From: Candidatus Levybacteria bacterium CG_4_9_14_0_2_um_filter_35_21
GTDB lineage: Bacteria; Patescibacteriota; Microgenomatia; Levybacterales; UBA12049
NCBI GenBank assembly: GCA_002788395.1
Contig: PFRF01000002.1
Coordinates: forward strand, 1-46,292
Direction: 5' to 3'
DNA length: 46,292 bases
The notes beneath the pieces are model-generated. The model saw nothing but the letters and a program-made list of their open reading frames with translations, was not told where the DNA came from and ran no database searches. Below, in pieces: positions 15,968 through 25,792 of the stretch (the first letter of the stretch is position 1; each line of letters begins with the position of its first letter). The translations under genes were made by a program, and so were the position numbers.

Positions 15968-17194
15968 ATGGGGTATACAAAAACTACAATAACAGGCATA
16001 TCGTGGATGTCTTCTTTTAGGATTATAACTAGAATTTTATCTTTTCTGAAAATTGCGATCTTGGCAAGAATTTTAACCCCTGCGCAGTTTGGTATTTTTG
16101 GGATAGGTTTTTTAGTTCTAACTTTTTTGGAAATATTTCTTGAAACAGGAATAAACATAATTCTTATACAGGCAAAAAAACAAATAGATAATTATATGGA
16201 TTCCGCATGGGTAATCTCCATAGTTAGGGGCATCATTTTAAGCTTATTAATCCTAACGCTTGCTCCGTTTATAGCAAATTTTTTTAATACGCCGGAGGCT
16301 TTGGGAATTTTGCTTTTTATAAGTACAATTCCTTTTATAAGAGGTTTTATAAATCCGGCTGAAGTTAAATTTAGAAAAGATTTAAACTTTAAATATGAAT
16401 TTTGGTTTAGAACTGCGATATTCTTTACAGATTCAGCGGCAACTGTTTTAATGGCACTTGTTACACATTCTATCTATAGTTTAGTTTTTGGTTTACTGGT
16501 TGGTGCGGTAACAGAGGTAGTGTTGTCTTTTGTTTTGATAAAACCTATTCCTAAACTGAGATTAAGAAAAGGATACTTTGGAGAGATTATTCATAAAGGA
16601 AAATGGATTACTGCATATGGAATATTTAATTATCTTGGGGAAAACGGGGATAATATTGTAGTTGGAAAGGTTTTAGGTTCTACCTCTCTAGGAGTTTACC
16701 AGATGGCATATAAGCTTTCTATTCTGCCAATTTCCGAAGTGTCAGATGTAGTTAGTCAGGTAGTGTTCCCTGTATTCACAAAAATTGAGATCGATACTAA
16801 AAGATTAATAAAAGCTTTTTTTAAAACTACGGTCGTAATTTCATTAGGTTCAGTAGTTGTAGGTGGAATAATATATTTCTTTTCTTCCGAAATTATTTTG
16901 ATTATCCTAGGCAATCAATGGATTTCGGCAAGCCCAGTTGTAAAAATTCTTTCTTTATACGGTATTCTTAGGGCTATTTCTGGACCTGCCTCCGCATTAT
17001 TTCTTGCAAAAGGAAAACAAAGCTATGTAACCTATATGGTGTTTGTAAGATTTATTGTATTAGCTGCTACGATTTATCCTTTGGTTCTAGTGTTTGGAAT
17101 GATAGGGGCGGGATATTCAGCACTTTTATCTGTGTTGGTTGAAATCCCAATAATTATATATCTTATTTCCAAAATATATAATGATAATAAATAA
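15968..17194 (+). CDS. Wzx-like MOP-superfamily polysaccharide/oligosaccharide flippase
   Basis: About 12 TM segments. The N-terminus reads SWMSSFRIITRILSFLKIAILARILTPAQFGIF, typical of the polysaccharide biosynthesis protein family. The ORF track starts at 15926; I prefer the ATG at 15968. Confidence 0.7.
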   Translation: MGYTKTTITGISWMSSFRIITRILSFLKIAILARILTPAQFGIFGIGFLVLTFLEIFLETGINIILIQAKKQIDNYMDSAWVISIVRGIILSLLILTLAPFIANFFNTPEALGILLFISTIPFIRGFINPAEVKFRKDLNFKYEFWFRTAIFFTDSAATVLMALVTHSIYSLVFGLLVGAVTEVVLSFVLIKPIPKLRLRKGYFGEIIHKGKWITAYGIFNYLGENGDNIVVGKVLGSTSLGVYQMAYKLSILPISEVSDVVSQVVFPVFTKIEIDTKRLIKAFFKTTVVISLGSVVVGGIIYFFSSEIILIILGNQWISASPVVKILSLYGILRAISGPASALFLAKGKQSYVTYMVFVRFIVLAATIYPLVLVFGMIGAGYSALLSVLVEIPIIIYLISKIYNDNK

Positions 17195-17212
17195 TCTTAC
17201 AAAGTTAGTCTA

Positions 17213-18340
17213 ATGAAAATTGCTTTATATTACAATTTAAAATTCGGTGGTGCAAAAAGAGTTGTTTATGAGCACGTAAAAGGTTTAATTAAATTGGGTC
17301 ATACGGTTGATGTTTATACTCCGGATTTAGAAAGTGATAGCTTTGATCCCGGTAAAGTCGCTTCAAAAGTTTATAAATATAACTATATGGAATTTTCTTT
17401 AAAATTGCCTATGCTCTCGAGAGTTATAAACGATTTTAAAGTTTTTATAATTTATAAATACATTCATAAAACAATTGCAAGAGATATAGATTCCGGAAAT
17501 TATGATATTGTACTTGTTCATCCGGATAAATTTACACAAGCACCATTTGTCTTGAGATTTCTAAAATCAATAACTGTTTATTATTGTCAGGAGCCTTTAC
17601 GGATAGTATATGAGTATTCAATGAGGATTAATGAAAACGTAGGAATCTTGAATAAGGCTTACGAAAATATAAATCGGTTTATTAGAAAAAAAATAGATCT
17701 TTTAAATGTAGAATCTGCTGATTTTTATCTTGCCAGTTGTCTTCATGTTAGAGAAAGAATGATTTCCGCTTATAATGTATTTCCCAATATATCATATCCT
17801 GGCGTTGATACATCGATATTTAAGTCAACATTAAATAATAAAAAAAACCAAATTTTTTTTGTTGGAGATAGATTTGATCCACTTGATGGTTTTGATCTTA
17901 TAAAGAATGCTCTGCTTTTGTTACCTGAAAAGATAAGACCAATATTAAAAATTATTTCTTGGAATAAGGATAATTCAAAAAGAATATCGGATAAACAATT
18001 AGTAGAAATATACAATGAATCCTTGATAACTTTATGTATGAGCAGATATGAAACATTTGGCTTAGTTCCTCTTGAATCTATGTCTTGCGGTACGGCAACT
18101 ATTGCAACAAATGTTGGTGGACACAGAGAAACTGTAATAAATAATCAAACAGGTTATCTAGTAGAGCTAGATGTTAAAGAAATTTCAAATAAGATAATTG
18201 GTTTACTTACGAATAAAAGCTTGTTAGAAAAGCACTGTGCTGCTGCAAGAAAGCATGTCGTAAAAAATTGGTCTTGGGAGATTTGTATTTTGCAACTGGA
18301 GATTCATTTAAAAAAATATGTTTGTTATGTTAAGTCCTAA
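17213..18340 (+). CDS. GT4-family glycosyltransferase
   Basis: E-x7-E region ETFGLVPLESMSCGTATIATNVGGHRETV. Confidence 0.75.
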   Translation: MKIALYYNLKFGGAKRVVYEHVKGLIKLGHTVDVYTPDLESDSFDPGKVASKVYKYNYMEFSLKLPMLSRVINDFKVFIIYKYIHKTIARDIDSGNYDIVLVHPDKFTQAPFVLRFLKSITVYYCQEPLRIVYEYSMRINENVGILNKAYENINRFIRKKIDLLNVESADFYLASCLHVRERMISAYNVFPNISYPGVDTSIFKSTLNNKKNQIFFVGDRFDPLDGFDLIKNALLLLPEKIRPILKIISWNKDNSKRISDKQLVEIYNESLITLCMSRYETFGLVPLESMSCGTATIATNVGGHRETVINNQTGYLVELDVKEISNKIIGLLTNKSLLEKHCAAARKHVVKNWSWEICILQLEIHLKKYVCYVKS

Positions 18341-20534
18341 AATTTCTATAATAATTGTTTATTATCAAGTTAAAAACGAATTGTTCGATTGCTTAAATTC
18401 AATATATTCTTCAAAGCCAAACACATCGTTTGAAATACTTGTTGTAGACAACGATGAAGTCAAAACAATTGAAAAAGAGCTTAAGAAAAAATTTCCAAGA
18501 GTTAAATATATTAAAAGTAAAAATAATGGATTTGGAGCAGGAAATAACTTAGGGGCAAAATGTGCAAGAGGAGAGTATCTATTTTTTCTAAACCCGGATA
18601 CTTTATTCATAAACAATGCTTTGGACACATTGTTCAGTTTTGTATCAAAAAATAAGAAAGTAGGAGTAGTTGCACCAGTGCTTCTAGATGAAAAGAAAAA
18701 TTATTATCCAATGCAAGGTACCAGTGCACTTAATCCGGCAAATGCATTATTCTCACAATCACTTATAAGTAAATTATTTTCAAATAATAAAATAAATAAA
18801 AAATATTGGCAATTAGACTGGAATAGAAGAAACGTAAAATCTGTTACCAATGTTCCTGGTACGGCATTTATGATCAAGAAGACAGTCTATGACGAAGTTG
18901 GAGGTTTTGATGAAAATTTCTTTTTGTATTTTGAAGAGTTTGATTTATGCCAAAGAATTGTTAAGAAAGGATATGCAAATTATATTAACCCAAAAGCTAA
19001 GATAATTCATTTGTGGGAAAGAAGTACCGGTCAGAGAAGCGATAAAAATGAAATATTTGCCAAAAGCCGTAAATATTTTTTTAAAAAACATTATGGGAGC
19101 TTTGCGGGCAGTATTACTAATTTCTTGCTGGGGATTGGTAAAAAAGAAGTAATTTTAGCTGCAATTGTTACAATTGCTGCAATATTAAGGCTCTATCAGT
19201 TATCCGGAAGGATGAGTTTTTTTGGTGATATTGCTTGGTTCTATTTATCGGCAAGAGATCTAATAATTTCTCAGACCATTCCTTTGGTCGGTATAACAAC
19301 AAGTCATACATGGCTTCATCAGGGTCCACTATGGACATATCTCTTAGCTTTATTACTTTCAATTTTTAATTTTAGCCCGGTAACAGGTGCATACTTTACA
19401 TCTATTATTGGAATAATAACGGTATTTATTATATATAAGATCGGTAAATCGTATTTTTCTGTAAATGTAGGTTTAATATCTGCGTTTTTATACGCAACTT
19501 CGCCTTTAGTAGTTGCTCATGCGAGAATGCCATTTATAACAAGTTTAATCCCTCTTTTAGTTTCAATTTTACTTCTTGCTGTTTTCTCTTGGTTAAAAGG
19601 TAGTAAGAATTATTTTTTTGTAGTTTTTTGCTTAATGCTTCTTCTTTATAATTTTGAATTAGCAACTCAGTCTTTATGGATAATAATATTTTTCTTTCTG
19701 GTGATAGGTTCTATAAAAAAAGACAAATTTATTACCGGATTAATTTCAATTAAATCAATGCTTAAGATAGCTACAATTTTTTTGGTAGTTATGTCTCCGA
19801 TTCTAATTTACGATTATGTTAATGGTTTTCCTCAGACATTTAAATTTGCCGCCTGGGTTCCGTATAAATTCTTAAACCTTTTTTTTAAATTTAAATACGT
19901 TAAGAATGGGAATTCTTTTTTATCAATTTTTGAATTTTTTTCAGTTTATTATCAAAGAATGGTATTTTTTTACAATTCAATAATATCTGCTCTAATATTT
20001 CTGGTAACAATAATATATGCTTCCGGTGAATTCTTAAGTAGTAAAAATGAAGTTTGGTATAAATCTCCAATTTTTATCTTAATGGTCTTCACAATTGTTC
20101 CTATCTCAGGAATAGTAATTACAAAAACTCCGTCCGAAGCGTATCTTCCAATAATTTTTCCAAGTTTAATAGTAATAACAGCACTAAGTTTAAATAAATT
20201 AATGATAATAAGTAAAATTAAATATTTTGTACTTTTAATAATAATTTTATTAGGATCTTTAAACTCAATGACAATTATTAATAATAGTAAAAACTTAAAC
20301 TATGGAGCTCCTCTTAGTGAAAGAATTGCAGTTGCAAAAAAAATAATTAAAATTGCAGCCGGAAATGAATATAATATTATTGGAAGCGGACCAGGAAGTG
20401 AATTCGCGAGTTTTACAATGAATTACGAATACCTTGGGTGGTGGCTTGGAAATGCTCCTTCGCATAATTCTCAAAAACTAAAATTTGTTGTAAATGAGGA
20501 ACATGGGAATATAGAAATATCGATTAAAAATTAA
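18318..20534 (+). CDS. Fusion protein: N-terminal COG1216-type GT2 (rhamnosyltransferase-like) plus C-terminal GT-C-like polytopic domain
   Basis: The GT2 part has ISIIIVYYQ, LVVDNDE, NNGFGAGNNLG, NPDT and EEFDLCQR. From about residue 270 there are many TM segments with FFGDIAWFYLSARD in the first loop. Confidence 0.7.
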   Translation: MFVMLSPKISIIIVYYQVKNELFDCLNSIYSSKPNTSFEILVVDNDEVKTIEKELKKKFPRVKYIKSKNNGFGAGNNLGAKCARGEYLFFLNPDTLFINNALDTLFSFVSKNKKVGVVAPVLLDEKKNYYPMQGTSALNPANALFSQSLISKLFSNNKINKKYWQLDWNRRNVKSVTNVPGTAFMIKKTVYDEVGGFDENFFLYFEEFDLCQRIVKKGYANYINPKAKIIHLWERSTGQRSDKNEIFAKSRKYFFKKHYGSFAGSITNFLLGIGKKEVILAAIVTIAAILRLYQLSGRMSFFGDIAWFYLSARDLIISQTIPLVGITTSHTWLHQGPLWTYLLALLLSIFNFSPVTGAYFTSIIGIITVFIIYKIGKSYFSVNVGLISAFLYATSPLVVAHARMPFITSLIPLLVSILLLAVFSWLKGSKNYFFVVFCLMLLLYNFELATQSLWIIIFFFLVIGSIKKDKFITGLISIKSMLKIATIFLVVMSPILIYDYVNGFPQTFKFAAWVPYKFLNLFFKFKYVKNGNSFLSIFEFFSVYYQRMVFFYNSIISALIFLVTIIYASGEFLSSKNEVWYKSPIFILMVFTIVPISGIVITKTPSEAYLPIIFPSLIVITALSLNKLMIISKIKYFVLLIIILLGSLNSMTIINNSKNLNYGAPLSERIAVAKKIIKIAAGNEYNIIGSGPGSEFASFTMNYEYLGWWLGNAPSHNSQKLKFVVNEEHGNIEISIKN

Positions 20535-22077
20535 GCTTAAGTTTCTTTGAAGTCGTAAACAAGAGTCTGCTAATAGGGTCATAGTAGTCCAATCTTTTTG
20601 AACTGATCTTTAATTTTGGTAAATCCGGATAGTTCGGTGTATTTGAGTTGTAAATACGATAAACACCTAAATTATTCGCTTCGTCAACAAAAATGTACTT
20701 TTTAATAGAATATTTTTTTAAAATACTCTTTAAAATATAGTCTTTATTATAAGAAAGAGAAAGAGAATGCAAATATGGTCCTGAGTATAGCCCGTAGGGT
20801 TCTGATAAGGCCTGAGATGTTACAAATACGGGTAAATTAGAGCCAAGAGCGTTATCAATTTGCTTTGTAAGTGCATTTCTATTCCAATTGGGTTCTTCTA
20901 TAAAAATTTCTGTGCCATGGTACTTGTTTGTAAGCTGAGGTCGGGCAAAATGGCTTTCTATATAAATCCCACCTGCGGGTAATTTTTCGGCTAATTTCGC
21001 TACTTCCAGATAAGGAATAGGAAGTCTAAGTAAATTAATTGCAGGCAATACAGTAATTGCTAAGTATAAAAAAACTAAATATAAGAGTAATTTTCGTTTA
21101 TAAATAAGTAAAGCTGCTAAGAAAGAAAAACAAAAACTTGCAATAAGCGCGTGTCTTCCAAAAAATAACGAGTCCCACCATTGATTTGCAATAAATGCAG
21201 GTGCAATCCATAGTAAGCTGACGATGAATAACCCTCTATTTTTTTTAAAAAGCGTTACAAGAGGAATAAAACTTATTAAAATGATTAAACCAGTATTGTT
21301 TATAAGAAGAGGAATTAAAAAATTTCTAAAAATTACAAAAATTGATTTTAGATTAATCTCCAAATTAGCATGGGCTTTTAGAGGATCTGAGAAAAATTGA
21401 AAGAGTCCCTCTATTGGTTTTATATTTCCAGCTATAGCTACAAGAGTTCCGCTTATTAGGCTAAATATAAAAATAGTTAAAAGTAAAAATACTGAAATAC
21501 GAATAACTAAACCTTTTTTTTTAACGTAAACGAGATATAGAATAAAGGGTAGCCAAAGAATAACAATTATATGGGTAAAGAAAGAAAAACCATAAAATAG
21601 ACAAGCAAGAACGATCTCTAAAAAATTATGAGACTTTAAATATCTGGCAATAAAATATAGGGATATGAAAAAGTAAGATAAGTATGTTGTTTCCATCATT
21701 ATTGTTACGTTGCTGATCCAAAATAGCGGGAGAATAGCCATTATTAATAGGCTTATAAACGCAACATTTTTATTTACGATAAATTCAATAACTTTATAAA
21801 AAGATAAAAGTCCCAGAATTGCCAGCAACGTTTGAAAAAAAATAACTGTAATTCCTAAATTAAGATTAAAAACGTTAGCAAACTGATATATTGGCCAGAA
21901 AGAAAATATATATCCACCGTGGAGTGGAATATGTCCCGATGTAAGAGCCGATAATAAACTAGGGTTGCTTAACCTGCTTAGATATTCGGGGGAATCAAAA
22001 AAGACAGGAAGTGGATTTGCAAAAAAAAATCTGGAAAATATAAATGTAACACTAAATATTATTAGCTTCACGCACAT
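20524..22077 (-). CDS. Polytopic membrane protein, GT-C-like glycosyltransferase candidate
   Basis: 517 aa. FFDSPEYLSRL follows TM1, with more than 10 TM segments and a C-terminal soluble domain. Its 3' end overlaps 18318..20534 by 11 nt. Confidence 0.55.
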   Translation of the reverse strand: MCVKLIIFSVTFIFSRFFFANPLPVFFDSPEYLSRLSNPSLLSALTSGHIPLHGGYIFSFWPIYQFANVFNLNLGITVIFFQTLLAILGLLSFYKVIEFIVNKNVAFISLLIMAILPLFWISNVTIMMETTYLSYFFISLYFIARYLKSHNFLEIVLACLFYGFSFFTHIIVILWLPFILYLVYVKKKGLVIRISVFLLLTIFIFSLISGTLVAIAGNIKPIEGLFQFFSDPLKAHANLEINLKSIFVIFRNFLIPLLINNTGLIILISFIPLVTLFKKNRGLFIVSLLWIAPAFIANQWWDSLFFGRHALIASFCFSFLAALLIYKRKLLLYLVFLYLAITVLPAINLLRLPIPYLEVAKLAEKLPAGGIYIESHFARPQLTNKYHGTEIFIEEPNWNRNALTKQIDNALGSNLPVFVTSQALSEPYGLYSGPYLHSLSLSYNKDYILKSILKKYSIKKYIFVDEANNLGVYRIYNSNTPNYPDLPKLKISSKRLDYYDPISRLLFTTSKKLKLNF

Positions 22078-22085
22078 GTTGATTA

Positions 22086-22094
22086 ATTATATCA
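22086..22094 (-). promoter_or_regulatory. Extended -10 box TGaTATAAT, 8 nt before the ATG at 22077
   Basis: The plus strand reads attatatca, whose reverse complement is TGATATAAT. No SD is present. Confidence 0.5.
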
Positions 22095-22120
22095 GAATAA
22101 AGTAATATAGATATAAATTC

Positions 22121-22891
22121 ATGCTTGACGCAGACATATTAAGTACAGTCATATTTTGCAAAAATGAGGAGGATAGAATTAAGGATTGCATCGATTCTCT
22201 CTTGTGGTGTGATGAAATAGTTATAATTGATGATTTTTCAAGCGACTTAACTCTAGAAAAAATAAAAGAATTTAATAATCCCAAAATAAAAATCTTTAGG
22301 AGAAAACTAAACGGTGATTTTGCATCCCAGCGTAACTTTGCCATAACAAAAACAAAAAAAAACTGGATTTTATTTATTGACGCTGACGAAATAGTTACAG
22401 AGCCCTTGAGAAACGAAATTACAAGCGTAATTAGCGATAAAACCGTTGAAGAAGTTGCGTTCAAAGTTAAAAGAATTGACCATGTCTTTGGTAAAACACT
22501 GAGATATGGGGAAACAGGCAATATTAAATTTATAAGATTGGCCAGATCGGGCTTTGGGAATTGGCAAGGAAAAATTCACGAAAAATGGGTAATTAATGGA
22601 AAAGTAGGTAGCTTAAGAAATGTTCTTCTGCACCATCCTCACCGTGAAATATCTAATTTTCTAAAAGAAATAAATTATTACACAAACATTAGGGCAGAGG
22701 AACTATCTCAAGAAGGCAGAACAACAAATTTAGCTTTAATTATTGCGTATCCTTCTGCAAAATTTTTATTTAACTATTTTTTTAAAAAAGGAATTTTAGA
22801 TGGGATTCCGGGACTAATAAGTGCAATTACAATGTCATTTCATTCATTTTTAGTACGGGGAAAATTATGGAGTCTTCAAAACAAAAACTAA
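22121..22891 (+). CDS. GT2 glycosyltransferase (WaaE/KdtX-like)
   Basis: STVIFCKNEEDRIKDCIDSL, IVIIDDFSSD and LFIDADE. Confidence 0.7.
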   Translation: MLDADILSTVIFCKNEEDRIKDCIDSLLWCDEIVIIDDFSSDLTLEKIKEFNNPKIKIFRRKLNGDFASQRNFAITKTKKNWILFIDADEIVTEPLRNEITSVISDKTVEEVAFKVKRIDHVFGKTLRYGETGNIKFIRLARSGFGNWQGKIHEKWVINGKVGSLRNVLLHHPHREISNFLKEINYYTNIRAEELSQEGRTTNLALIIAYPSAKFLFNYFFKKGILDGIPGLISAITMSFHSFLVRGKLWSLQNKN

Positions 22892-22970
22892 AGATAAATA
22901 AAATTAAGATAGATCTGATTTATTTTTTGTTTATTTTTTTAAGTTTAATTGGATATTTCTTAAATTTGTT

Positions 22971-24626
22971 ATGCAAAGGAGGAATATGTTTACGCTGGCT
23001 TTTTTAATTGGAATTTATGCAAATTTAATTTTTGCCCTTGGTCTTGCAGGATTATTATATAAAAATTATATCTACTTTATTAGCATTATTTTTCTGTTAA
23101 CTACTGTCGTAATTTTTAAAAAAAGTTTTTTAAATTACTTTCACTTTATTTTATCAGGTAAATTTTTAAAAATAAAAATTAATAGAAATAGATCATTATT
23201 ACTTCTAGCAACGCTATTGTTGTTGCAGTTAGCAATAAATTTTATCGGTGCAATAAGCCCTGAACTTGCATTTGACGCACTTTGGTACCACTTAACTCTT
23301 CCAAAGATTTATCTTTTAAATAACTATATATTCCATATTCCCGGAGGACTTTTGTACTATTCCGATATGCCAAAACTGGCAGAACTCCTATACATCCCGT
23401 CATTGGTTTTTGGAGGAGATGCTTTTGCAAAGATAACTCACTTGTTGTTCGGGGTCGTAAGCTCAATTGCCATTTATAGACTTTCAAGAAAGTTTTTAGA
23501 CAAGACTTTTTCATTAATTTCTGTAGTAATTTTTTACGGAAATTTGGTAGTTGCATGGCAGTCGACTACGGCTTATGTAGATCTGGCAAGAACCTTTTTT
23601 GAGATAGTGGCACTATGGGGTTTTATAGAATGGCTGGAAACAAAAAAAAGAGGAAGGCTAATTGAGTCAAGCGCTTTATTGGGACTAACAATATCAGTTA
23701 AGTTATTATCGGTTTTTTCATTATTTATTTTTTCGGTTTTAATACTCTTAAAAAAAGATTATTTAAAAGAAAAAATAAAAAATCTTGTTATATTATGGTC
23801 AATTTCTTCTTTAATGGTTTTTCCATGGCTTGTTTTTTCTTATATTAATACCGGAAATCCTGTATATCCATTCTTCGAAAGCATTGCAAAATTTAATAGT
23901 TTTTCATTTGCCTTTCTAAATCCAATAAATTTTATTTTAGAAATGTGGAAAATGTTTGTTCTCTCTTCAGATCCAATTTCTCCAATTTATCTAATTTTTT
24001 TACCGCTTATTCTTACAAAATTTAATAAGCTTAGTTACCTTTTAAAAAATATTGCATTGTATTTGTTTTTTGCGATTATCGGTTGGTATTTCGTAGAATT
24101 TAATGGTAAGAATATACCCGAAATAAAGGGGGGAACAAGATTTATAATGCCATATTTACCGGCTTTTTCAATTGTTATTTCTTTTATTATCTTTAATTAT
24201 AAAAAATCATCTATTCAAAGAAATTTAGCGGTTTTATTAGTTCTTGTTATTTCAATTAGCACAATCTTATTTAGAGGTTATGCCAGTGTAAAGTATTTAC
24301 CGTACGTTTTTGGTAAAGAATCTAAAGGTGAATTTTTAAGCAAACATTTAAATTTTACTTATGGGGACTTTTATGATACTGATAATTTTTTTAAAAATAA
24401 TATAAAAAAATCAGACAAAGTTTTACTAATTGGATTTCACAATCTTTATTATATAGATTTTCCTTTTGTTGATGAATCTTGGGTTAAGAAAGACGATAAA
24501 TTTAATTATGTTGCAGTAAAAAATATGAATATACCAAACAGATTTTTAACATGGAACCTGATTTACTTTAATCCTATAACTAAGGTAAAGCTTCTTTCGG
24601 CAGGAGGACAAGAGTGGAGATATTAA
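22971..24626 (+). CDS. Polytopic membrane protein, GT-C-like glycosyltransferase candidate
   Basis: 551 aa. ELAFDALWYHLTLPK sits in the first external loop, with many TM segments. An AGGAGG inside codons 3-4 suggests the ATG at 22986 may be the real start. Confidence 0.55.
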   Translation: MQRRNMFTLAFLIGIYANLIFALGLAGLLYKNYIYFISIIFLLTTVVIFKKSFLNYFHFILSGKFLKIKINRNRSLLLLATLLLLQLAINFIGAISPELAFDALWYHLTLPKIYLLNNYIFHIPGGLLYYSDMPKLAELLYIPSLVFGGDAFAKITHLLFGVVSSIAIYRLSRKFLDKTFSLISVVIFYGNLVVAWQSTTAYVDLARTFFEIVALWGFIEWLETKKRGRLIESSALLGLTISVKLLSVFSLFIFSVLILLKKDYLKEKIKNLVILWSISSLMVFPWLVFSYINTGNPVYPFFESIAKFNSFSFAFLNPINFILEMWKMFVLSSDPISPIYLIFLPLILTKFNKLSYLLKNIALYLFFAIIGWYFVEFNGKNIPEIKGGTRFIMPYLPAFSIVISFIIFNYKKSSIQRNLAVLLVLVISISTILFRGYASVKYLPYVFGKESKGEFLSKHLNFTYGDFYDTDNFFKNNIKKSDKVLLIGFHNLYYIDFPFVDESWVKKDDKFNYVAVKNMNIPNRFLTWNLIYFNPITKVKLLSAGGQEWRY

Positions 24627-25792
24627 GAATATTATTGGGAATATTAATTATTATTTTTTTGCCGCTTGGACAAATTGCTAAATTTGATTTGGGATTTAAG
24701 GCATCGGTAACTGCATTTGACATCGGCTTACTATTTTTAGTATTTTTTTGGATTTTTTATTGTCTTTTTAGGAAGAAAAAAATAAAAGCAGCTTTGACTA
24801 AACCGATTATTCTCTTTGTTTCTGTTTGCTTTGTTTCCTTGTTATTAAATACGAGAGGAATTACGATGGAGCAACTCTTGGTTTCTGTATCTTATCTTTT
24901 TCGGTGGGCATTGTACTCGATAGTTTATTTTATCGCTGTAAGCCTTAATAAGGACAAGAAAAAAGGAATTACTGCTTACCTTTTTTATTCCGGAATTATT
25001 ATATTATTTTTAGGTTTTATTCAGGTTTTTTTCTATCCAAGTTTAAAAAATCTTTATTACTTAGGATGGGATGAACATATGTATCGTCTTTTTTCCAGCT
25101 TCTTGGATCCTAATTTTACAGGAATATACTTTGTAGTAATATTTTTTCTTGGAATTTATTTATATTTTTTAAAAAATAAAAAAAGGTATATAGTATTATG
25201 CATATTATTACTTATTGGAATTTTTTTAACGTATTCAAGAACTGCTCTTGTAACTCTTCTATTATCTACTGCAAGTTTTTTAGTAATATCAAACAGAAAA
25301 AAAATAATTATCCCTATAGTTCTGTTGGTTTTTTTAGTTACTCTTCTTTTTCCTAAGACATTTAAAAGTGAAGGAACAGATTATTTTAGATTTTTTTCGG
25401 TAAATGCACGGATAAGTTCGATGCAACATGGCTTAAAAATTTTTATAGATCATCCGTTTTTTGGGATTGGTTTTAATTCTTATAGGTATTTTCAGGAAAA
25501 ATACGGTTTTGAGTTAACCGACTATACAATACCCAGTAGAGCTGCTGCCGGAGTTGAGAATAGCTTTGTGTTTATCTTAGCAACAACAGGAATAGTCGGT
25601 GTGATCTCGTATTTATTTATTTTGTTTAAAATGTTTAAATTAACGCTTTTAAATAAATCAAAAATATTACCTAAAATTACGTTTTCAATTTTAATCGGAT
25701 TGATTGGAAGTTCAATGTTTATTAATTCACTTTTTTATACGTTTATTATGTTTACACTATGGGTGATTGTAGGAATTACTGAGAATAATTAA
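24614..25792 (+). CDS. Wzy / O-antigen-ligase family membrane protein
   Basis: GTG start 6 nt after AGGAGG. LTYSRTALVTLLLS, followed by the loop SSMQHGLKIFIDHPFFGIGFNSYRYF, is typical of Wzy_C. Confidence 0.65.
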   Translation: MEILRILLGILIIIFLPLGQIAKFDLGFKASVTAFDIGLLFLVFFWIFYCLFRKKKIKAALTKPIILFVSVCFVSLLLNTRGITMEQLLVSVSYLFRWALYSIVYFIAVSLNKDKKKGITAYLFYSGIIILFLGFIQVFFYPSLKNLYYLGWDEHMYRLFSSFLDPNFTGIYFVVIFFLGIYLYFLKNKKRYIVLCILLLIGIFLTYSRTALVTLLLSTASFLVISNRKKIIIPIVLLVFLVTLLFPKTFKSEGTDYFRFFSVNARISSMQHGLKIFIDHPFFGIGFNSYRYFQEKYGFELTDYTIPSRAAAGVENSFVFILATTGIVGVISYLFILFKMFKLTLLNKSKILPKITFSILIGLIGSSMFINSLFYTFIMFTLWVIVGITENN

